Assembly (NCBI GenBank): GCA_973895155.1
Contig: OZ316896.1
Location: 18,588,754-18,652,753, forward strand
Source of the DNA: Marsupella aquatica
Taxonomy: Eukaryota > Plantae > Marchantiophyta
Reading direction: 5' to 3'
DNA: 64,000 bases
This document shows, piece after piece, positions 26,338 to 37,541 of this stretch. The translations under genes were made by a program, and so were the position numbers. Every line of letters starts with the position of its first letter. The first letter of the stretch is position 1. The notes beneath the pieces are model-generated. The model was not told the DNA's origin. It made no database searches and worked only from the letters and a program-made list of their open reading frames with translations.

Positions 26338-26630
26338 AGCTGTCTGGAATCCAGATGGGTGGTCCGGATGCATGCTGTGCAACTGGAGCCGGGTGATTGC
26401 CCTTGAGGCCTCCCAGAGATCTCGGCTCTCTGCTCTGCCACTACTGAAAAGCATGGCCCCCGGAGTTACCGAGGCTCCAGCTTTGGACTCACGTACTGGT
26501 GCTTAATCTTTAGATCCGAGCCGTCTAGAATCCAGATGGGTGGTCCAGATGTCTGCTGTGCAAGATGGGCATTGGTGATTGGGTCTCAAGCCTCCTTTAG
26601 GATCTCGTCTCTCTGCTCTGCCACTGAAAC
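26338..26630. repeat. Two-copy tandem duplication (~180 bp spacing)
   Basis: GTCT(G/A)GAATCCAGATGGGTGGTCC...GATCTCG.CTCTCTGCTCTGCCACT at ~26342 and ~26523. Confidence 0.8.
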
Positions 26631-28759
26631 TCCCTCTAGCCACTCTAGTGCCCAGAGTCACCCAGACCCAGACGCCGGGTTAGGAATCAACGCTCTGACT
26701 TTTCTCATTTACCGTAGTGCCATACTGCGCAATAAAAAAATCATTGGTATAATTTTGGACTAGAAATTTGGATATTTTGGGTTCTTGTGAAACCTAAATT
26801 TTCCACGTCAATTTTAGAAATATTTTAAGTAGTTTGAACATGATGCTCCCATGGACCACAAGTTTGGTCTTTAGAAAACTCATGAAACACATTTCCCAGA
26901 ATGACTTTGATTGTTATAACTTGATGCTCATAAAATCAAAATATATTTTAGTTTAGTGGAATACCTCAATTACACTTCCATGAAAGTGGCAGTGAATTTT
27001 TGGCCACTTTGGATGAGTTTTTCATCATGCACTGTTGCGGGTATTCTAGATTAATTTTCATTGTGTTAATATTAAATATTTAGGTTTGTGTTTTTTTAAT
27101 GTCCTCCTTATCTAGTTGCCTTAAAAATTACCTTAAGACTCATAATCATCAAGTTCTAAACCCAAAACTCCTATGAACCATCAAAATGTGGTCCATGAGG
27201 GCATTGTGTCCAACATGGAGGTTCATGTGGGTTTCACTTTCAAGTATTTTGTTGTAAACATTTCCTTTTCATTGTCTAATTATTTTTTAAATGAAAATAG
27301 GAGAGTAATATTCTGGCAGTGAATTTTCCTAAAATGGAAATAATCAATGTTCTTCGAGAACCAGAAAATTTGTTACAACTATTTGGGCACATAGCCTCTA
27401 GGGCTATGGCATGGAACAGTTTTGGGGGATCAAAACTACAGTAGGTGGCAAGTAAAAATCCATCAATGTCAGAGATTATGGCCAGTTGAAACATTTTAAT
27501 TAAACTAGGATTATAAACATCATGAGGACTGGGTTGGTGTACCTCATGATGTTTTTAATTCCTCAGGGTTGGTGATTTTTAAACATATCGGTAAAACAGA
27601 TGGCGACTCATGTACACCAACCCTGAGGAAGGTGGTGAGTGGGTGCTTGGCTCGGTTTTAGTCCCAAATGAACGTAATATTCTAGATGATTTGGGGATAA
27701 GGAAGGAAAATAAGGTCTGGTACAGCATGAAGGAGAGTGACTAATTTTGTGCGATAACCAAAGAGGAGGGAGGTTCATTTGTGCAGACAGTGTTCTTGTG
27801 ACCAAAGCCTTCTTTGGTGAAGTAAAGTTATAAACAATAAAGGCACAATATGCGGGACAATATGACTAACTTGATATCTCAAGCTGGGTCTTTTGGAGTT
27901 GTAGCTATGGAGACCCCATACTAAGGCACAAAATGTAGCGAAGGACAATAAGAGTTAACTAACCTGGAAAGAACTCTTTCAGACAATTGCCAAATACCAA
28001 CCCAAGGCTCATTGTGGGAGGCTTTAAAATGCCAGAGGACCCTAGTGACCAGGAACTGGATTAGGGGTTGCAACTTCCAACCCACCACTCCTAATGCAAA
28101 CTTGGTTTTGTATTTATATTCCAAAGGGGGTCAGATTATTGTATCAATTAACCATGTTTGAATAACCTAGCCTCAAATTTAATCCAATTTTTTTTATCTG
28201 GATACATTTTCCTTTATTTTTAGTTACCTTAGTTTACTAATCGGGACAAGAACATAAAATGTGGTGTATTGGTCTTTAACATGATTGGCACATATGTTTG
28301 TCCCAAGAGCTTGAATGCCCATTCTTTGAATGAACCTGTGACAAAAAATATCCATGATCATCATTTGACAAACATCATACTCATGAATTTTTCCATCCAC
28401 ATGGTGGCCATAGAGTTATGGTCTAGATGCTTCACTCTACAAACCTAGACCCAAGCTGTAACTTGGGGTTCATATCACAAGTTGCTACCTTCTTAGATTA
28501 TTACTACAATGCCACCTTTTTGTCAGGGGTCATGTGACATCTTATGGCCTTCAGTTGTTACACGGAACAATTTGATGATTGACATTGCCCTTGGGTTAGT
28601 TTTGTGCACCCTTTATGTTTGGCCTTCTAGGGCACAGCCCTTCCCGCAGGTTCCACCCCACCCTTGCCTCCCTATTTTCAAAGTGCCCTCCGCCCCCCCA
28701 AACACTCTGCTCTAAAAGTCACATGAACTATTCGGAACCAAAAGTCACAGGAATTATTC

Positions 28760-29064
28760 GGAAAACCTGGCAGCGTCTAGGAGTTTACCTCTGAAGGGAT
28801 TGGGCCAGGCTTAAAACCAGGGTTCGAAATGGGAAGATCACATACAGTGAAGCTCAACACGAAATGTCAATGGCCTTCTGGACTTGGGATGGACTCTGGC
28901 AAATTCATGAAGATCTGCTCCTAGTTCAGCCACTCCTACCCCGTCCACCATGAGACTCTCTCTTCCTCAGGTTTTGAGGCTGTGCTACTTCTAGATTGAT
29001 AGGTTCTTTCTTATCAAGGTATGGGAACCCGCCAGTCCCAGACCACTGGCCGGTCTTTGGGAGA
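28760..29064 (+). mobile_element. Probable 3' end of a LINE (ORF2 C-terminal tail) replacing the NRPB7 promoter and first codons in copy 1
   Basis: Translation KTWQRLGVYL*RDWARLKTRVRNGKITYSEAQHEMSMAFWTWDGLWQIHEDLLLVQPLLPRPP* has the Trp-rich, PRPP-ending pattern of plant LINE ORF2 tails. Absent from copy 2. Confidence 0.5.
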
Positions 29065-30070
29065 CCCCGGCACTTCGGCCCACATTTACGAGAGAAGCTC
29101 ACCTCCAAGCTCATCCAGGATGGGAGGGCACTTGCAGGTAACTTAATCAGGGACGGAATCTGTCATTCCGTCTGGCGTTTTTTTCTTGCACCCCTAAACT
29201 CTGCATGCCATTGGGTCAGTTGCACGTTGCAGCCGGGCCACCAGCATGTCGTTATTAAATAAATGAGCAGGAGAATAATATCTCATCGCCCCAGAATGCA
29301 ATCTAATTGCGTTCATCTTTTTGCCTAGCCCAAGCTCCTCCCTGTGTACAAAGTTTCAGGGTTGACTGTCAACTCTGCGAAGTTGTAACTTTGAGCATGA
29401 GAGAGACGCCAGTTGAATGTGTTTGTCAAGTTGCTCTACTTGTGAGAGCTTCCTGACAGCTCAATTTGATTCGGACTGAATGTTAATAAATGTGGATTGT
29501 TCTTCAGTGGCTGACATGGGTTTGTCGTGGCTGTAACTGCTGTGGGGACTATTGGCAAGGGTCTTATCCGGGATGGAACAGGATACGTAACATTTCCAAT
29601 GAAGTATGAGTGAGTTGTATTTAGACCGTTCAAGGGGGAAATATTGGAAAGTGTTGTGACTATGGCCAACAAGGTGATCTTCTACAGCATGATGCTTGGT
29701 CCTACTGATAGAGCTGCGTTTTCTGTGCACTTCGAAATGTGTGATTTCCACCGCGCAAAGGAAAGCGCCTAGCTTCTTCTAATCAGTTTCATTCAGAAGT
29801 GATTGGACCATCCATTAAGGCCTTCTACGTCTTACTGTGACAGATGGGTTTCTTTGCGGAGGCTGGACCTGTGCAAATCTTCGTCTCGAATCATGTAAGC
29901 TGTAAATTCCAATAATTCAACACGAAACGAACCCTAGCTTTTTTATTTTCTTTCAAAACAGGAAGCTGTATGTCCTTGTTCAACTTGATTTCACCTCATC
30001 TGCTGCTGAATTGATCCACGTGTTTCGCTAATTTTCTCTCATAAGTGTTAGCTTGTAATCTGTGTTGCAG
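29065..30070 (+). pseudogene. NRPB7: Truncated NRPB7 pseudogene (part of exon 1 to the intron 3 acceptor)
   Basis: Near-identical to 42044-43052 including introns. Lacks the start codon, has a 1-bp deletion (GATGGGAGG vs GATGTGGAGG) and an in-frame TGA (TAT GAG TGA vs TAT CAG TGC). Exons 4-6 are absent. Confidence 0.93.
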
Positions 30071-31165
30071 AGTATTGTCATCATACGAGAGAGTTTATTC
30101 TCCACCTGGGAAGGATGCAGAGCAAGAGAGTCAGAAACATGTCTACTCAGTGCTGGAAGTGCTTTTGATGTGAAAACTGACGTGCTCCGAGCTACGGTAC
30201 GTTGCGCTGATCTGAGCTGATCTTTGAGCCGAGGGGAAATCGACAGAACCGGTGGAGGAGGTACGGTGATTGTGATTTGTCGAGTCTGAAACGAGTGCAC
30301 AGAAGGAGTCAGGAAAAAGGAGAAGGAGCAATAAGCGGATGAAGGTGTCTGACTAAGGGGACAGACTGTTCTTGCTTGTCTGAATTTGGAAAGCCATGCC
30401 CAGAATTGAAATTGAATGGCCAGAAGTTCTTTCATAAGCTTCGGTGAATTGTTGTTGTAATTTCATTATATTGCCTAGCATGTATTTTGCTCTACCATGG
30501 TGTATGGTCACTGTTTATGGCTAAAAGTTAATGATCAAGTCAGCATTCCATAACTCTTTATATCCATACCCAAGAGTTTGGTGCTAAGAACTCTAGAACT
30601 TTGAGACCCCTAAGTATGAAAAAATCCCCCATGGAGAGACAGAACACAATTATACTGCAAAATGTGATTGTATTTATCGAGAGCCCATGGATGTTAAGCT
30701 CAAAATACAAAGTCATGACATTAGGTAGCAACTCTATACGGAGCTTCTATAGAGTACTCGTCATAGCTTTGATTACAACTATAAATTCAAGTTCTCAGCA
30801 TTCCAAGGACTTAAACCATGAGTAATCTCCAGCTTCCAGACGTGAGGGCCAACTGCACAATCAGAGTTCTCAGAACCTTCCAATCTTTAAGTTGAATGTT
30901 CGTGAGAGAACAAGAATTGGTCTCGTGGTCTAGACTCCAAAATTGTTCTATGATCCGTCACTGCAGCAGGTGCAGGGCAAGCTCGTTCCACTTGTCTACG
31001 TTTGCAATTTGTTCTTGACCTAAACATACAACAACAAGCACGCTTTAGGCAGCATCCAAGCCAACATTTTACTGAACTCAAACCTTTATCACTTGAAAAC
31101 CAGGCCGCAAGGATAATGCCTGTATTGCATGTTGTCTGTGAGTTCTGACTTCATTACGTGTTTGT

Positions 31166-31899
31166 TCATAAATGGCCCAGGATCGTCGTCGCCTTTAAAT
31201 TCCACCACTTATTCTGTCTAAGTTGACTTTCAAATCGGATCCCAAGTTCATCATCTGACAACAAGAATCTAAAAATTCAAAACCAACAATTCCACGTACA
31301 GTGCTTAGCCCAAGTGACCTTCTGGTCACATCAAAACAACTATTATGCTTCGGATCGGCTACATTCATGCAATCTCACCCATAAAATTGGATTCCAAGTT
31401 CACATCCAAAAAGCAAAGGAAAAAAGAGAAAGAGAAAGACTTACTCGGTTCGTCAAGCTCATCCGCCGGAGGGCAAATCCCAGGTGGAAATGGAATATCT
31501 ACAGAAAACATCCCCACCGCACAATTCACACCGAGAACGCCTAGAGTAAAACCTTCTAAGCTTGCAGACAAATACTCCCACAAGATGACCTCTAGAGGGA
31601 CAATCTGTGTAACTACCAAATCTCTAGCACTGCATTGCAACAGACGGACAGAGGGAGGGAAGAGACGCCGAGATCGATTGACATTGCGCACATATCAAAG
31701 AGGTCAAAGGAGGTCCGCAAAGAAACACAGATTGTCTGCTAATTAAGAACCCTGATCGTACCTTACGGCTGGAGATGCACAAAAACAGAGCAAACAACCG
31801 CAACTCACCATCGTTGGGCAACTTCTCTTGCGCCCACTCGTCATCCACGACGTCGAGCAACAGCCCTGGGAAGATTCCGGGGAATAGCTCGGCAGCCAT
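31166..31899 (-). CDS. APC13: Anaphase-promoting complex subunit 13; exons 31899-31809, 31498-31445, 31254-31166 (77 aa)
   Basis: Spliced product MAAELFPGIFPGLLLDVVDDEWAQEKLPNDDIPFPPGICPPADELDEPNDELGIRFESQLRQNKWWNLKATTILGHL* matches the plant APC13 pattern G-LIDIVDEEW--D-LPDDD-PLPP...W-DL. GT-AG introns in phase. Confidence 0.85.
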
Positions 31900-33877
31900 C
31901 GACCTATCTGCGGTGCAGTTGCCGCTCCTGCGTCCTCCCTCTGTCACCCTGTCTTCCCTCCCCAGCTTGAATGTTGGTTAACGCGGCCACACACAGGAAT
32001 TGTGGATGTCCTTGCTTAGTCAATTTCTGGTCGGCTGAGGACGAGAATGACTAAATTTTCTCTCTCTCGCGGCCCATACATTCAGGAATCGTCAGGCCTT
32101 GAAAGTCAATTTCTGGTCTCTTTCTTTCTGCTAATAACCATCTAATCATTACCATCGTCGTCATCAGCAGTAGCAGCAAAGCACAAATAACTTGATTGAT
32201 TCAGCTCGCGAGCGGATCTTCTACTTACAAGAAATTCAAGGGATGAACCCGCCTCCGCCTCCGCCTCCACCTCCTCTGCCTCCGCTCCTCTGAGCAGCTC
32301 TGTCCGCCTCCCTACTCCCTGACGAGTCTTTCTTTCTTCCCTACGCAGCGCTCTGGGTAAAGAGCTTCGTGGTCGGCCCGGCTGTCTTGTTCCTTCTCTC
32401 CTAAATCCTAATCACCTCAGATCGCACACTGAGGGCTCTGGAACCCCCTCTCCCTGACTGCTTGTCCCGTCTCTCTGCATGGCAATGCGTCGCTGCCGGC
32501 CCTCTGTCCGAAACTGAGCGGGCTTTACAAGAACCACACTTTCTTTTTAATTTTTCTGGGCGATCTCGTTAGTTCACATTTTTGAATTTCCTGGACGAGA
32601 TCTCTACTAGTTCCACGTTTTTTAGTTTTCTGGACGAGATAGCTACTGTACATGTAGATTACATTTATTATTTTTCGAGACGGAGATTTCTCTGCCACCA
32701 TTAGTTTCGTGGTACTTTAGTGGGTCTAGTGAGTATGGTGGCGACACTGTGTGTGTGCGATGTGGGTGCGCTTTAATTAAGGAACGACACTTTTATTTAT
32801 TTATAGACTACCGTAGCTCAATATCCGTGCTTTGAACAAAAGATGACGTTACTCTGAAAAACAAATGTCATCGATCTAAAAGATCTTTTAGAAACGATGT
32901 TGTAATAATTTGATGCTCATAAAATCAAATTATTTTTTAGTTTAGAGGAGTATGTAAGCTACACTTTTAAGAAAGTGAGAGTGAATTTTGACCACTTTGG
33001 TTGAGTTATTCATCATGCAATGCTGCGGGTTTTCTACTAGATTAATGTTCATTGCGTTATACGAAATATTGAGGTTCTATCTACACTATAATTTCTGATC
33101 AAACTCTACAATTCATGACGTGCTCTGCACACTGAAGCCATAGTTCATAATTTCTCTGGTAACCATGCTTGTGACTAGTATAAGGAGTCTGCTTATAGGG
33201 AGCTTTCTCTTGTGCACAAGCATAGGAAGTTGGCCTAATGAGACAAATAATGGGCAGTGTAAAATAATGGGTAGATCTCAAATTAAATATTTTTTGGGCT
33301 TTACCATTAAGTGACACTCTAGCATTGGGGTACTGTCTCCCAACATGACTCTTTTTGTTCTTTGACAATGTTTTATATTAGCATGAGATGAGTGTAGATG
33401 ATATAGCCCAGAAGAGTCTTCCCACCTGAGGTCCAAAGCTCATCCTCTCCAACAGCTTTTCTTGGAAGCTTGGAAGCTCCATTCCAAATAGTGTCTTGCT
33501 TTGATGAGGATTTTTGCTTAAGGGGGTGGGGGCTGCAAAGTGTTAAACAAAACCAGGTTTGCATTAGGAGTGGTGGGTTGGAAGTTGCAACTGAACGAAT
33601 TCAAAGCTGAATCGTTTACTTGCTTAATGGAAATGAATTACAATGCACAGCGGAGCCGCACTAATAGCAACTCGACTGAGGAGTAAATCCCGTGAAACAA
33701 GGGGGCACAATTAATCTACACCGTAAGTCACTTAGCCCTAAATCTAATAGATAACTCAAGGCGGCAGAAAAGAATGCTACAGGAAATAATGAACAGCAGA
33801 CACCGAGACGACGAGCCACATCCTAATACCCCTTCCCGTCCGGTGATTCATAGAATTTGCAAAGAGAGTAGGGGGCA

Positions 33878-34764
33878 ATGGATATGATGAGGGTGTGCTG
33901 GTGCGTGTTGTGGCTAATCATAGGAGCACTGAGAGTAGTCGTGAGAGCGTTCCTTGGTGGAATAGAAAATTTATTCCAGTATGTACAGGCCCGAATATCT
34001 CTCGAACAAGATAATGTTGGGAGATCAGTTGTGTTGCAGAAGAAGGAGCCATTGGGAGAAGAAAGTGAGAAATTCTTGATGGCTGCAGCATCATCGGTAA
34101 TGGTAGCCAGAAGCACGAATCAAGTGCTCCTATTTGATATGCTATGTTGTACACGTTGCTGGGTATGTTTTCATCTTGGTGAGCTCAGCCGAGATGGAAC
34201 AACACTCCAAGGATATCTCAGAGAGGACGCCAAGATGGTTAGAAAGGGCACCAAGATGGTCAGAGAGGCAGTCGACATTACTAATTGTCCGAACCAAAAC
34301 AATGTCGGAGTGGACGCCGACATAGGGTTTGACTATGGGTGTGAATTAATTAAGTCCATGTCGGCGGCGTCGCTGAGTTTTGGGCACAGACTGATATCAG
34401 TGACTGATGAAAGTCACTGATAACTGATGAAGTTGTGTACCCCGCGGCGCCGGCTCCTCGGTATTTCAGTGATTGCACTTCCAAGCGGACGTATTATGCT
34501 GTGGTAAGAGGGTATGCTCCAGGTCTATATGATTCCTGGGAAGAGTGTGAGCCACAAGTAAAAGGCTATCGTGGGCAGGTGTACAAATCCTTTACGTCAA
34601 AGAGTGAAGCCGAACGCTATCTGCAGGATAGTTTACAATGAGCACAGGATCACTTGACTCATGGACATCGATTCAGGAGCATAGGTCAGGACAGCTTTGG
34701 GAACCAGCAATACAGATGTAAATATTGCTTGGAGATGTATCGTGATGCTACACACTATGAGTAG
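33878..34764 (+). pseudogene. Antisense accessory ORF inside the Copia element: hydrophobic N-terminus, RNase H1 N-terminal (caulimovirus viroplasmin) domain, His/Cys tail; broken by one frameshift and one stop
   Basis: ORF 33878-34420 joins ORF 34435-34641 by one frameshift near 34410. The second ORF reads YYAVVRGYAPGLYDSWEECEPQVKGYRGQVYKSFTSKSEAERYL. Past the TGA the frame continues HLTHGHRF...YRCKYCLEMY to TAG 34764. Confidence 0.8.
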
Positions 34765-37206
34765 ATAGGCGAACTAGAGTAGATCTAAAACTCTTGTAAG
34801 GATTTTAAGCCAAATTTCCACCGTGGTAATGCATTCGAGAGTATATCCGTCGGCTGCTCTGCTATGGAAATATAATTCAGAGTAACTTCTCCTTCAAGTA
34901 CTCGTTCTCAAATATAGTGATGTTGCAGCTCAATATGCTTGGTTCGAGCATGGAAAATGGGATTCTTTGCCAGATTGATAGCTCCTTGATTATTGCAATA
35001 CAAGTTGAGATGAGAGTCTTGCGATGTGGGTCTGTCTGCTTTAGAGACATTGGACAACACTTCTTGATTCTGGCAGTTAAGAGTCACTTGCGCATCTGTA
35101 GTAACATTCAATTCCTGAAGAAGGCATTTGAGGAAAACTGTTTCTCGTGCACCTTCTGATAGTGCTCAATATTCTGCCTCTGTTGTGCTTTGTGAGATGG
35201 TAGATTGTCGTTTGCTGGACCTTCACCTCGTCAATTTATAGCCGTGACTAAGCTGGACCTTCACCTCGTCAATTTTTGAGGAAGCATTGCCTGTAATAAG
35301 AAGATCATCAACGAAGAGTAATAACAATGCAATTCCCCCCCCCCCCCCCGCGTTGATGAAATAGAGATTAGAGTTTGCTGCACTTTTGACCCAGCCTAGA
35401 GAACAAAGAAAGCAGTCTATGTCTTCGTACCATGCCCGGGGAGACTACTTGAGACCATAGATGGAGCGATTGAGATGGCAAACAAGATGCTCAGAACTAG
35501 GACCTCAAACCCAGGAGGTTGCACCATGTAAATGATTTCTTTGAGTTTACTGTTTAAGAAGGCGGTGATGATGTCCATTTGAGTCATGGGCCAGCCATGT
35601 GCAACAGCAAGGGCGATGATCAGACGAATAGTAGACCACTTGATTACTGGTGCAAAAGTGTCCTCAAAATCCACGCCAGACCACTCTTAATACCTTGAGC
35701 TACCAAACGGGCCTTAAGTCGTGTATGAGTGGGATTAATCTCTGGCTTAGCCGTATACACCCATCTGTTAGATATAGTTTGTTTACCAGGCGGAAGGGCC
35801 ATTAGCACCCAAGTGTCGTGCTGAATTAAGGAATCAATTTCCTCTCTCATGGTAGCAGCCCAACCAGGGTCAAGATGTTCTCATCCACACAGTCAATAGT
35901 CTCTACCAGGCAGACATCTGGGGCGGATGCTGAGGACAAAATCTTGTCACAAGCGGACTGGTAGTTCCCAAGCACGAGATGGCTGTCTATGGATTACCAG
36001 AGGTAGATCTACAGGGGGAGTCGATGAGGGAGAATTAGGAGGACTCAAAGCTGGAGGAGTAGAGGGAGGCTCAATATAAGTAGTTGAATTGTCTGGTGGG
36101 CTATTAGGAAGATCAGGGTCAAGAGTATGGTCAGAGATAATTTATGTACTGAGAGGAGTTGGATCAATGCTTGTGCTGGGTTCTGCTTCCAAGGTTTGAA
36201 TAGGATCATTGGAAGTGATCAAAACGGACGTGGGCTGTGATGGTATGAGCAACTGTCTGTCTATTTAAGGCTGGTTGGGAGGATTTGCTGGGTGACTATG
36301 ACTGGAATCATACATTTGTGACTCATCAAAGATGACATCTCTGCTAACATAAATCTTTCTTTTAGTTGGCTCAAAGCATTGGTAAGCCTTGGATTTATCA
36401 TCGTAGCCAATCAAATTAGTGCGAATGGATTTGGTTGAAAGCTTGTGCCGCAGTTCAGTTGGAATGTGGACGTAAGCTAAACATCCAACAACATATAGAT
36501 GTGATAAGTCGGGCTTTACCTTGTATAATTGCTGGAAAGGTGTGGAAGATACCAATGATGATTGTTGAGCACATAATTGGCCATTTTGATTAGTTCCTCC
36601 CAAAGGTAAGTGGGGAGCCCAATTGCAATTTGCATGCTTTGTGCAGCTTCAAGTAAAGTATGGTATTTCCATTCCGCAACACCATTCTGCTGAGGCATTC
36701 TTGCTGTGGTGAGCTGTCGCTTAATACCATGGTTGTCATAGAATAAGCAAAATTCTGTTGACAAATACTTGCCTTTCAAAAATTCAAAATCTGAGCGGAT
36801 GCACTGGATTTTTTTGCTGAATTTGTTTTCAACCATTGCCCTAAAGATCTTGAACTGGGCAAAAGTTCCACTCTTAGCCTTCAAGAAATATACCCAGGTG
36901 AAGCGAGAGAAATCTTCAGTAAAAGTTAGCAAGTATTTTGCACCGAAGATAGATGGAACCGCGAATGGTCCACACAAGTCAATGTGAACCAGTTGTAGAG
37001 GGCCACTAGATCTGCTTGTATATTTCTTAGGAATGCGTTCCCGATGCTGCTTTCCCATGACACAACTGTCACAAACGTGTTTTTCATACTGTAGTTTGGG
37101 CAGCCTTGCAGCCAAACCCTTTGCTGACATGTTGCAGATTCGGTGAAGGTTTACATGGCTGAGTCTACGGTGCCATAGTTGAAGTGGAGAGATATCAGTG
37201 CAACAT

Positions 37207-37541
37207 TGTTGCGTCCCACTAGCTCTCTGTAAGAAACCGTCAACTCCGGACTAGACAGCAATGCGGAAACATGAGAGAGACTCACTCAATCAGATGTTAC
37301 ACCGACAAGACACCCCGAGTGGAGAAACTTTTGAAGGCTCCATAGCAAATGAGAGTACATGTGAAGAATGAGGGAGAGAGTTCTCTCCCTCCAGCCTATA
37401 CCCCCCAAGGGGGCCAAAATGAGTGGGCCTAAACTAAGCAGATCTTATCCTAATGTAATCTAGGATTAACTAACCCTAGTAAGGCCAAACTAACTAAATC
37501 GGAAACTCAAGTCAATTCCTAACACTCTCTTCTTCAGCCAT
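37207..37541 (-). mobile_element. Nested truncated LTR element (single LTR TGTT...AACA 37207-37524 plus adjacent polypurine tract) interrupting the Copia pol between protease and integrase
   Basis: Removing it restores an in-frame host sequence (...LYRLDNSPVQNTSLCSEVHQCCTDISPLQLWHRRL). CTCTCTTCTT (minus-strand AAGAAGAGAG) abuts the LTR. Confidence 0.8.

Larger units (their letters stand above)
21170..30070 (+). repeat. Copy 1 of a tandem segmental duplication (SAD upstream region through NRPB7 intron 3)
   Basis: Collinear matches to copy 2: 21170-21880 = 32117-32903; 26915-27090 = 32903-33070; 28124-28163 = 40416-40456; 28190-28730 = 41120-41645; 29065-30070 = 42044-43052. Confidence 0.88.
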
